DNA of 32,682 bases from positions 1 through 32,682 of the IMG/VR virus record IMGVR_UViG_3300037742_000092; one strand, written 5' to 3'. Under the pieces are notes generated by a model. It saw only the letters and a program-made list of their open reading frames with translations, had not been told where the DNA came from and searched no databases. The stretch comes from a virus. Taxonomy: Duplodnaviria; Caudoviricetes. The position numbers were made by a program, and so were the translations under genes. Shown piece after piece: positions 8,502 to 17,300 of the stretch. Within the stretch, counting starts at the first letter, position 1; each line of letters starts with the position of its first letter.

Positions 8502-8834
8502 GTGGCAAGAATCGATAAGATCACTCATAGCTTCCGTGCCAGAGCGGGTACTGTTCTATCTGGAGTTATGGGTGTAAAGCTCAACTCCGGTGGTTCTGTA
8601 ATCCCATCAGGAACCGCAGCAGCGGATAAGGCCATTGGTTTGGTCTTTGCTGCAGGTTCTGCAGCCGCTGGTGAAGTGGTCTCTGTCCTCACAAGGGGCG
8701 AGATTGTGGAGTTCGGCGGAAGTGTTGGGACCAAGTATTACGCAGGTACTGGAGGCGTTGTCGGAACGGCTAGCACTAACACTCAATTGGTAGGAACCAC
8801 AGTTGAGGGTGACCGGCTAGTCGTGTTGATGTGA
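8502..8834 (+). CDS. Head decoration / capsid cement protein
   Basis: Gly/Ala/Val-rich, about 110 aa (MARIDK...FRA...GEIVEFGG...VGTTVEGDRLVV), between scaffold and MCP. GTG 8502 is 8 nt from AGGAGG. Confidence 0.7.
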   Translation: MARIDKITHSFRARAGTVLSGVMGVKLNSGGSVIPSGTAAADKAIGLVFAAGSAAAGEVVSVLTRGEIVEFGGSVGTKYYAGTGGVVGTASTNTQLVGTTVEGDRLVVLM

Positions 8835-8848
8835 GGGAGGTGGAGCAT

Positions 8849-10099
8849 ATGACTATGAAGGTTCATGAAGATGCACGGCAGATGTTCTCCTCCCTACTGA
8901 GTAAGTACGGGTCAGGCTTCGAGATTTGGAAGAATACCGGGATCGTTCTCCCTATTGGCGGTGCTGCAAAGGGCTACAATGAGACCGAGCAGATCGACTT
9001 CCATCTTATCGATGGTTATGACCTGAACGAACTCTGGGAGGAGTTCAACCAGGCAATTCGCCTGATCAACCGGGATAGGGGTCAACTTGTTGATCGCTTA
9101 GTATTCCCGGTGCAGAAGCCCATCGAGCGAGTGCCACAGGTGTTCGTCGAGGACTTCGAAGACGCTGACGAGTTCGGCCGACCGGTCGGTATTCGCCCGG
9201 CTGAGTACTGGGATATGGGATTCCCCATGCAGTACAAGGACCTGGCGACTCGATTCACTTGGAGGTACTTGGCGGAAGCCGATGTACGCCAGGTGCGTCA
9301 GACCATGAACGCCGTTCTTGAGGCGTATCGCCGATTCCTGTTCAAGCTTTGTTTTGACAGGATTTGGGACAACACCGTCAGTTCTGCTACGCTTCGTGGT
9401 GGTAGTGCTGTCACTGTATTCCCCTTCTACAACGGAACCGCTGCTGTTGATGCCCAAGGCAACAACGTAGCACCTCCTCCGTGGAAGGCGTTCACCCACG
9501 CCACCAACCACACCCACTACCTGAGTTCAGGAGCGGCGACGGTTGACTCGGCGGACCTTGACGAGATGTTTGGTCACATCTACCATCACGGATACACTGA
9601 GGGTGGAGCGACGGTTATTCTTCTCGTCAATGAGCAGGAAGCCGATGTAATCAGGACGTTCCGTGTTGCGAGTGGAGATAAGTACGACTTCATTCCTGAC
9701 TCTGGCAACGAGATTTCGTTCATCCTTAATGGTACGATCATTGGTGGCCAGCCCACTAATGACACCGGCCTTCGAGGATTCCCAGGGTTCATCGGGAAGT
9801 ACGGAACGGTCTCTGTTGTTCAGGAGGACCTGATCCCAGCTGACTTCATGTTCATGTTTGCCTCGGGTGGGCTTCGTGCCCAGAACAACCCCGTGGGTAT
9901 TCGGGAACATGAGAACGATTCCCTGCGTGGATTGAAACTGATCCCGCAGCACGTTCACTACCCGTTGATTGATTCTTACGCCCATGCTACAGGTGGGGCA
10001 GGAATTCGTCACCGTGGTGCTGGTGTAGTTATGTCCATCGGGGCAGGTGCGTATGCGCCGCCTGACGAACTCAACTACGGTGGTCCCGGAGGTCGTTAA
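8849..10099 (+). CDS. Major capsid protein
   Basis: About 416 aa, after scaffold and decoration genes. Motifs DGYDLNELWEEF, FEDADEFGRP, NNPVGIREH...LRGLKLIP and YPLIDSY...GAGIRHRGAGVVM resemble actinophage MCPs. Followed by a hairpin. Confidence 0.85.
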   Translation: MTMKVHEDARQMFSSLLSKYGSGFEIWKNTGIVLPIGGAAKGYNETEQIDFHLIDGYDLNELWEEFNQAIRLINRDRGQLVDRLVFPVQKPIERVPQVFVEDFEDADEFGRPVGIRPAEYWDMGFPMQYKDLATRFTWRYLAEADVRQVRQTMNAVLEAYRRFLFKLCFDRIWDNTVSSATLRGGSAVTVFPFYNGTAAVDAQGNNVAPPPWKAFTHATNHTHYLSSGAATVDSADLDEMFGHIYHHGYTEGGATVILLVNEQEADVIRTFRVASGDKYDFIPDSGNEISFILNGTIIGGQPTNDTGLRGFPGFIGKYGTVSVVQEDLIPADFMFMFASGGLRAQNNPVGIREHENDSLRGLKLIPQHVHYPLIDSYAHATGGAGIRHRGAGVVMSIGAGAYAPPDELNYGGPGGR

Positions 10100-10101
10100 T
10101 T

Positions 10102-10152
10102 AAGGTGTGGGTGAGAGGGTATGACCTTGGGGTTGTACCCTCCCCCATCCTT
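10102..10152 (+). terminator. Stem-loop downstream of the capsid gene (attenuator or mRNA stabiliser)
   Basis: GAGGGTATGACC-TTGG-GGTTGTACCCTC pairs with G:U wobbles and is extendable. There is no clear U-tract. Confidence 0.55.
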
Positions 10153-10173
10153 GATCCTTTATAAGGAGCAGGA

Positions 10174-10539
10174 ATGTCAGTAAAGATTGACCCGAAGAAA
10201 GTGCCCGATATGTCGCAGGAGGAGTTTGATGCTATGGTCAAACACTTCGACGACAGGGCAAAGTACGCTCAGGTGAAATTGCTTCATCGGCTTCGTAGTG
10301 AGGGGTCGACCAAGGGGAAAGGTAAATCAGGTGGCACATCAGATGCGCCTGAGTCAGAGGATGCGTCAGCCGTCCTCGCATGGCTTGAAGCAGACAACCC
10401 CCCCACCGTCAAGGCAGTTGAGGGTTGGGTTGGAGATGACAAAGACCGAGCAAAGACGGTGCACTCTATTGAGTCGGGTTTCGATGACCCTCGAACGACT
10501 CTCTTAGAGTCGCTTCAGAAGACGATGGAAAAGGAGTGA
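10174..10539 (+). CDS. Hypothetical post-capsid protein
   Basis: 121 aa with SD AAGGAG. The small helical C-terminal domain (TVKAVEGWV...IESGFDDPRTTLLESL) is of a kind often seen after phage capsid genes. Confidence 0.65.
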   Translation: MSVKIDPKKVPDMSQEEFDAMVKHFDDRAKYAQVKLLHRLRSEGSTKGKGKSGGTSDAPESEDASAVLAWLEADNPPTVKAVEGWVGDDKDRAKTVHSIESGFDDPRTTLLESLQKTMEKE

Positions 10540-10543
10540 ATCT

Positions 10544-11713
10544 GTGAAATTCCTTTGGCAAAGCAATGGGCCATGGTGTGGGACTGGGTATGGTGCCCAG
10601 ACCAAGTTGATCCTCAGAGAACTGTTGCGTATGGGCCATGAGCCCCATTGCTTTGCTTTTTACGGGTTAGAAGGTGGTCGATTGGACTACGACGGCTATA
10701 CGTGTTGGCCTGTAGCTTCTGACCCGTGGGGCAGTGATGTAATTGGTGGACATCTGCATAACTCTGGTGCAGAGATACTTGTTACATTGATGGACCTCTT
10801 CGTCTTGAATCCTGAGCAATATGGCAGGATCGATCAACCGTGGGTTGCATGGCTCCCTGTGGATTCTGAGGGTATTGGCAAAGTAACCAAAAGGGTCCTA
10901 CAGGAAGTTGATTACCCCGTTGCTATGAGCTTGTTTGGTTATGAGCAAATGGTAAATGAGGGTGTGGAGCCTTCGGCAATGATCTACCATTGTACCGACA
11001 CGGACGTCTTCAAGCCCCTCGATAAGGTTGAATGTAGAGCCAAGTTGGGGATTGATCAAGATGCTGAAGTCATAGGCATGGTCATGGCGAATAAGGGTGA
11101 TCGCAAGATGTATCCTGTTCAGCTTGAAGCAGTTAAACGGTATATGGATAATAACCCCGATCGGGAGATTAAGGTATTCATCCACACTGACCCATCACCG
11201 TCGATGGGCGGGTGGGATATGAGTGCTTTAGTTGAGCGGATTGGACTAGAGGGGAAAGTCCATACAGTGACACAGTACTTCACTTCTGTGTGCCCCGTTG
11301 ACACCCCACAAATGGCGGAGATATACAACTGCTTCGATGTATTGCTGAATTGCTCAGCAGGTGAGGGGTTTGGTATCCCGATCATTGAGGCTCAAGCCTG
11401 TGGTGTTCCAGTAATCGCAGGTTCGTGGACCGCAATGCCTGAGCTTGTACAGAATGGGTATAAAGTCAACTCAATCTCTAAGTTCCTAGCAGGTCACTTC
11501 GGTTATCAGTTTGTTCCGGACATTGACGACATCGTCTACCGTCTGGAATGTGTGTACCGTATGAGTGACAAGGCTTCTGCAGAACGTGGTAGGAGTTGGG
11601 TAATCGACAATTGTTCAGTGCCCATTATTGTTCGAGCTTGGGATTCTGTGTTGACCCAAGTAAAGGAAGCCTTAGATGAGCGAAGCCCTAGCACAGCTGC
11701 GTCTGTATCTTAA
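10544..11713 (+). CDS. Glycosyltransferase, GT-B fold (GT4-like)
   Basis: N-terminal WQSNGPWCGTGYG, NKGDRK, and the signature EGFGIPIIEAQACGVPVI (EX7E). Confidence 0.92.
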   Translation: MKFLWQSNGPWCGTGYGAQTKLILRELLRMGHEPHCFAFYGLEGGRLDYDGYTCWPVASDPWGSDVIGGHLHNSGAEILVTLMDLFVLNPEQYGRIDQPWVAWLPVDSEGIGKVTKRVLQEVDYPVAMSLFGYEQMVNEGVEPSAMIYHCTDTDVFKPLDKVECRAKLGIDQDAEVIGMVMANKGDRKMYPVQLEAVKRYMDNNPDREIKVFIHTDPSPSMGGWDMSALVERIGLEGKVHTVTQYFTSVCPVDTPQMAEIYNCFDVLLNCSAGEGFGIPIIEAQACGVPVIAGSWTAMPELVQNGYKVNSISKFLAGHFGYQFVPDIDDIVYRLECVYRMSDKASAERGRSWVIDNCSVPIIVRAWDSVLTQVKEALDERSPSTAASVS

Positions 11714-12011
11714 TGATCCTGATGGTGAGGTCTTTGAAGACGACCCACCGCTGCAGCGTTTGTTGGATAACAATGACGGGGATCTAGATGGTGCAGCAGC
11801 TGACGGCTGGAAGATTAAACTAGCCACATTCACAGAGTGGTACGATGTGATGGTGGATAGGTCCGATGAGTTCAGTCGGAGCCAGGTCTTTCGGCAGTGT
11901 GAGCGCATGTATAGGCTTTTCTCTGAAGCATCGGGGAAACAAATTGAATCCATCCGAATGTCTACTGACGATACCATCGACACGGATCAGGCAGCTGAAT
12001 GGGCAGTATAA
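11676..12011 (+). CDS. Putative head-tail adaptor
   Basis: 111 aa acidic helical protein (LRLYLNDP...FEDD...LQRLLD...AAADGWKIK). Position after the capsid cluster fits. Confidence 0.65.
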   Translation: MSEALAQLRLYLNDPDGEVFEDDPPLQRLLDNNDGDLDGAAADGWKIKLATFTEWYDVMVDRSDEFSRSQVFRQCERMYRLFSEASGKQIESIRMSTDDTIDTDQAAEWAV

Positions 12012-12391
12012 TGCCTACGGCGGGTGAGATTGCCGCTATTGCTGAACAACGTGCGAGGACATTGGATCGCCTTGCCTTAATCAGGCGAGAGGACTTTGTG
12101 GGTGAAGATAGTTTTGAGCCTATAACTATCTACGAACACCTGCCCTATCGTAGGACGCCCGGCTTTGGGTTCTATCGGGATATAGCAGATAGGTTTAGTA
12201 GCATTAACGCCTATATGCTTGTTTACCCGTTAAGCTATCAGGTTGATGCCTATAGCGATTTAATCGTGCCTGAGCTCAAGCTGAAGGACACGGTGGTCGA
12301 TGAGAATGACGATGCTGTGTTCATAGTGCGTGATACACGTCCCAGTTCGTTTGAGACCGCTCGTACCGTCCTTGCGGATAGGATCGGCTGA
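12011..12391 (+). CDS. Putative head closure/stopper protein
   Basis: Synteny and a beta-rich profile. TAATG coupling puts the start at 12011. Confidence 0.55.
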   Translation: MPTAGEIAAIAEQRARTLDRLALIRREDFVGEDSFEPITIYEHLPYRRTPGFGFYRDIADRFSSINAYMLVYPLSYQVDAYSDLIVPELKLKDTVVDENDDAVFIVRDTRPSSFETARTVLADRIG

Positions 12392-12849
12392 TGGCCTTCA
12401 CTCGCAGTCGCACCGCAAGTAGTTCTTTAGGAAAATACTCCTCGAAGTTCGGCAACACTCGAGGGGCCTCATTGAGCGGTGGCATTACAGTGATTGGTGT
12501 TCCACAAGCGATTGCGAAGATTCAAGCCGTACAGCAAATCGTCTTTCGAGATGCTGGGTTAATCCCTTATCGTGCGGCACAGGCTGTTCAACAGCAAGCT
12601 CGAGCAATTGTACCGGTGAAGGAGGGTTGGCTAAGGAACGGGATCGTGATCGAGAAGCAAGGTCCCTACACGTACGCCATCAGTGCATCGTCTGTCGCTG
12701 GTGGAGCTGATAAAGAGTATGCTGCCCACGTAGAATTTGGTACATACAAGATGTCAGCTCAGCCTTATATGCAACCCGCAATTGATGCAGCGAGAGGTCC
12801 AGCCAGGGCTGCTCTTGCCGCATTGGCAGCAAAGGTTCAAGCGCTATGA
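12391..12849 (+). CDS. HK97 gp10-like neck/tail-completion protein
   Basis: ARAIVPVKEGWLRNGI and YAAHVEFGTYKMSAQPYMQPA. Confidence 0.88.
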   Translation: MAFTRSRTASSSLGKYSSKFGNTRGASLSGGITVIGVPQAIAKIQAVQQIVFRDAGLIPYRAAQAVQQQARAIVPVKEGWLRNGIVIEKQGPYTYAISASSVAGGADKEYAAHVEFGTYKMSAQPYMQPAIDAARGPARAALAALAAKVQAL

Positions 12850-13283
12850 TCGAGGTGGTTAAGCGGTCATTCAAATTCACTATGAGAGAGGACCCCATAA
12901 TTGCACAACTGTTAGGGAGTGACTCCTATGGTCGGGTTAAAGTATATGATCGCAGTATTCCCAGTGATGTAGACCCCCCTTCAGTTCGCTTGTCAATTGT
13001 GGGTGGGGATACGCCCCAAGGCCATTATGGAGATAATCACGGAATCCTCAATAAGGGACTTCGTGCATCGTCATGGGGTCATAACGAAGAAGAAGCAGGT
13101 CAAGTCCATCAAGTGGTGTGGGACTTTCTTGATCGAGATATTGATCTTCAGGTGCTAAACGCCTATCTCACACCCTGGTACGTAATGTCGTTGTCCGAGT
13201 CAGGTGACTCCCTATCATTGGATGATCGGGAAACGGGCTTCGTGCAATACGTTACCACGTGGGAGCTAGCGATTGGGAGGTAA
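12846..13283 (+). CDS. Putative tail terminator protein
   Basis: Lies between the gp10-like gene and the tail tube. DPIIAQLLG...KVYDRSIP pattern. Confidence 0.65.
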   Translation: MIEVVKRSFKFTMREDPIIAQLLGSDSYGRVKVYDRSIPSDVDPPSVRLSIVGGDTPQGHYGDNHGILNKGLRASSWGHNEEEAGQVHQVVWDFLDRDIDLQVLNAYLTPWYVMSLSESGDSLSLDDRETGFVQYVTTWELAIGR

Positions 13284-13333
13284 TATGTCGTCACAAAAGT
13301 CCCTATATTTTCTACAGGAGGTGAAACAAACAG

Positions 13334-13732
13334 ATGGCTAAGTACACAGGCTCCGCAATGGTCGTGACGCTCGGAGGTACTGACCTTTCCGGTCAGGGTC
13401 GTTCTCTTGAGGTCAGTCAGAGTGTGGAGGAAATCGACGTTACAACTTACGGCTCGCCAGGTCGTGAGTTCATTGTGACGTTGCCCGAACGCTCTGCTTC
13501 GTTGGAGGTACTCGACGATGCTACCTCTGCGACGATCCGAGACAAGACCAAACCTGGTTCTGGTGGCACCTTGGTCTGGTTCCCACAGGGAACCGCATCA
13601 GGCAAGCCGAAGTTCACTTGTGGAACTACATGGGTGACTGAACAGAACCTGTCCTACCCGTACGATGATGCAGTTACTGCATCCGTCAGCCTTCGACTCT
13701 CAGGTGCAGTAACTGAGGGCACGGCTCCGTAG
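13334..13732 (+). CDS. Major tail tube protein
   Basis: 132 aa with strong SD AGGAGGTG. EEIDVTTYGSPGREFIVTL and WFPQGTASGKPKFT, ending SLRLSGAVTEGT. Confidence 0.85.
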   Translation: MAKYTGSAMVVTLGGTDLSGQGRSLEVSQSVEEIDVTTYGSPGREFIVTLPERSASLEVLDDATSATIRDKTKPGSGGTLVWFPQGTASGKPKFTCGTTWVTEQNLSYPYDDAVTASVSLRLSGAVTEGTAP

Positions 13733-13744
13733 AAAGGAAGAACT

Positions 13745-14158
13745 ATGGCTAACAAGAAGGTATCGGACCTCAGTGCGAGGCAGGCGCAGCAGAAACTTGC
13801 TCGCCTGTCTCGTGAGCAGTTTATTACCCCTCACGTTAAGGAGGAAGAGTTTGAACTCGAGGGGTTCGGTACCGTGTTGCTGAGGAACCTCACCGTTAAG
13901 CAACGTCGCAAGGTCAATGAACTAGCGAAGGTCGCTCAAGATGGATATGATCCAGTGAGGCATACGCTCATTGGTATCAAGTTCTGTATGATCGATCCGC
14001 AGCTGACACTTGAGGACCTAGAAGAGCTTGAGGAGCAGGATGCCACAATCATCGACCGGTTAGATGCAAAGATTGGTCAGATGAATAATGTGGGTGCAGC
14101 ACCTGATATGCAAGCTTTTTTAGAAATGATGAGGAACTCCAGTACAAACTCCACCTAG
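13745..14158 (+). CDS. Tail assembly chaperone (gpG equivalent)
   Basis: Follows the tail tube. GTVLLRNLT...R and IKFCMIDPQLT. Slippery site near its 3' end. Confidence 0.82.
   Translation: MANKKVSDLSARQAQQKLARLSREQFITPHVKEEEFELEGFGTVLLRNLTVKQRRKVNELAKVAQDGYDPVRHTLIGIKFCMIDPQLTLEDLEELEEQDATIIDRLDAKIGQMNNVGAAPDMQAFLEMMRNSSTNST
14116..14122 (+). promoter_or_regulatory. Programmed -1 ribosomal frameshift heptamer T TTT TTA
   Basis: In-frame GCT TTT TTA matches X XXY YYZ. The -1 frame is open to TAG 14370. Confidence 0.85.
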
Positions 14159-14370
14159 CGGAAAGGTTTCATAAAACCCTTGCTGAGCTCGAAGAAGGTA
14201 TGTCGGAAACTGAATTCCGTATATGGATTGCCTGGGACGAGCTCAAAGCGGTTAAGTGTCCAAACTGTGGTGTGGAGCCAAAGCAAATGATGGAATATGA
14301 GACAGTGGAGGTGAAATGCCCCGTATGTAAGTATAAGCATAGTCGCACTCGCCGAATAAACAAGGAGTAG
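14119..14370 (+). CDS. Tail assembly chaperone frameshift extension (gpT part of gpGT)
   Basis: The -1 frame reads FRNDEELQYKLHLAERFHKTLAELEEGMSETEFRIWIAWDELKAVKCPNC...KCPVCKYKHSRTRRINKE, a typical gpT pattern. Absent from the ORF track. Confidence 0.82.
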   Translation, partial: FRNDEELQYKLHLAERFHKTLAELEEGMSETEFRIWIAWDELKAVKCPNCGVEPKQMMEYETVEVKCPVCKYKHSRTRRINKE

Positions 14371-14374
14371 TCTC

Positions 14375-17300
14375 ATCGGCATTGTCAATGTAGGAAGCAC
14401 TCTTGGTGGGCTTGCAGGAGGCGCACAGCTAGCCCGGCTGTTGATCGTTATATCTGGCCAGACAGCCGGTCTTCAGACAGCGCTTGGTCAAGCTCAGGGT
14501 AGTCTTCAAGGGTTTGCGGCGAACTCTAATGCAATAGGCAATGCGATGATTAGGTCGCTGACGCTTCCGGCCCTAGCGGTCGGGGGCGCAGCACTTAAGA
14601 TGGCCGCTGACTTCGAATCAGCAATGGCTCGTGTTCGAGGTCTTACCACACTTACTGAACAGAACTTCCAACAGGCGAGCGTCGAAATCATGGCACTGGC
14701 CAGGGAGTATCCAACTGCCCCTAATGAGTTGGCGGATGCTCTTTACTTTGCGGGTTCAGCAGGGCTGGCATTCCGTGAAGCGATGGACGTTGTTGAGATG
14801 TCAGCGGGTGCCGCTGCGATTGGTATGGGTGAAGCTAACGATATCGCCAAGATTCTTATCTTCTCCCTTAACAACTTCCGGTCAGAGGGTCTTACTGCAG
14901 CGAAGGCGATGGACGTTTTCACTGCAGCGATCAAGGAAGGTACTGCTGACCCAGACGAACTTGCCCTTGCGCTTGGTCGTGTCCTCAGTGTAGCGAAGGA
15001 AGCAGGAGTTACATTTGAGCAAACGGTTGGGTCCATTGCTTCGCTTACAAACATTGGTCTACCGACTCGAGTTGCGTCTACCTCACTTCGTGCATTGTTC
15101 GGTGGGTTGCTTGCACCGACGATCCAAGCGACTGAAGCTCTTGATGCCCTAGGCACCAGTAATGAAGAGCTTCGAAAGGTTATGTCTGAAGGCGGACCAA
15201 TAGCTGCTATTGACTTCATCGAAAAACTCAGGCAGTCTGCGGGTGGCATGAGTGAAGAGGTTCGCCGTAGGATCGTGCCTCAAATCAGGGCGTTCACCGC
15301 AGTACTTGGTCTTGCAGGCGATGAGGCCAGGCGGTCGGCCTCTATTGAAATCTTCAAGGAAGTTACTGACAGTGCTGGTGACTTCCAGAAGGCCCTGTCG
15401 ATCATTCAGGATACTGCAAGTTACAAGTTTGGGCAGTCCCTGAACAACCTGCGGATTGCGGCCATCGAACTGGGTTCCGTACTATTCCCCGTGTTTGAGC
15501 AGATCACCAAGGGGATCAGTGCTGTGGGGTTGACCTTTGCAAACTCCTCTGCTGGTGTAAAAACCTTTGCAGCTGCCGCCTTGATTGTTGCTGCAATAAT
15601 CGGCCCACTGGTCAAGGGCTTTGCATTGCTTACTAACCAAGGCATGGGACTGTTCACATCGTTCCGATCAACTGCTGCTGGGCTAACGGCAATGGGGATT
15701 GCGGCTGCAATTGCAGTTACGTCGCTATCAAACATGGCTCAAGGTACAGGATCAGTAAATACAACCTTGATGGCATTGATTGGTACGTTTGCGGCTTTGA
15801 GGCTAGCACTCGGGGGGATAAGTGCTGCGGCTAATGCGGGTGCGTTGGGTGTCAATGCATTCTCTTTGGGGCTAGCTACAATGTCCCCAGCGCTTATGAT
15901 GGGGATTGCGGGTGGCATAGCCCTCATTGCTGTTGGTGTTGCAGCTCTTATTGGTAAGGCCCAAAGTGCAGGACAAGCGGTTGAAGGTCTTAGGCGTGCC
16001 CTGGTTCAAGCGGGTGAATCTGCGCAGCTAACTAAGGACTTCTTTGCTGACCTAGATGTTAGTGAAGGCGTATCTGCCGCTTTCATGAAGGCTGTGCAGG
16101 CTGCAGATAGGGTGGGTGTATCTCTGGCTCAAGGGCTACAACCTGCTAGGCAAGAGATGGCGGGGCTCGCTATTGAAGCAATTAAATCCACTTCGGCCTT
16201 CAAGAATGCACCTGAATCGTTACGACCGTTTATCGAGGCACTATCTAGTGCTGAGGGCAAGGCTGTAGACCTCAATGTTGCCTTCCGTGAAGCGGGGGTA
16301 ACAAACAACGAACTTTATGGTGCGCTTCTCCAAGGCGCAGGTGGTATCGATAAATACAGTGAAAGTACTACTAGTTTGATCAATGACCTGTTTAAGGCCT
16401 CTTCAGCGGCCAGACAGGCAAAGAACGACTTGAATCTATTAGCACAAGGCGCCGTGTTGTCGAAGATCGCCGATGATGCTGCTGCCCTAGACATCGGTAA
16501 GAGGTTCAAAGTTCCTGCGGGCGAGGTCAAACGAGCCTTCGCTGAATATAACATCGGAGCTGGGTCCGCAAGCGAAGAGACCATCAACCTGGTTGCAACT
16601 CAGAATAAATGGGTTGACAGCGCCGGTCAAGTCATTGGTATGGCTTACCAACAGAAACAGGCATTTAAGGAACTTGCTGCAGAAATTCAGGCCTCATTCA
16701 GCGAGGGCCTAGTTAGTGGGTTCTTTGAGAAGGACCTTGGAAATGTAGATGCGAGCATCAGTACGATGTTGAGTAACGCTGACCAACAAATATCCGCATT
16801 TTCAAGTTCCTTGTCAGGGATTGAGCTGCTTCGAGGTAAACTTGATCCGGCCACATTGTCATTCCTTGTCGAGCAGGGCCCAGGGATGATTCGTAAGTTC
16901 GTCAACGCATCTGATGCCGAGCTCTCACGGCTACAATTCTTGTATCACCAGCAACTTGCAGCTGTGGATGCAGAAATTGTGAAGGAAGGCGATCACGAAG
17001 AGGTCAAGGGTCAGCAAAATGTTAAGAAGTTCTCTAGGGGTATTCTCTCTGCTAAGGGCATCCCGAAGCAAGCAGCTCTTCAAGTAATTGCCGGTGTTAC
17101 TGTTGCCTTATCACAGGGGAAAGACCCCTCAAAGATGGGCGCAGATAAACTTCGAAAGTTTGCCCAAGGGATAGCTAGTCAGTCAGGTGCCACCGATGCA
17201 CAGGCCAAACGTATCGTCTCCATGATCATCAATACCTTCGGCAGTGCTGCAGGGCCAGCTCAGGCTAAGGGAAATTTGACGGGAGGGAAGTTTGCATCCG

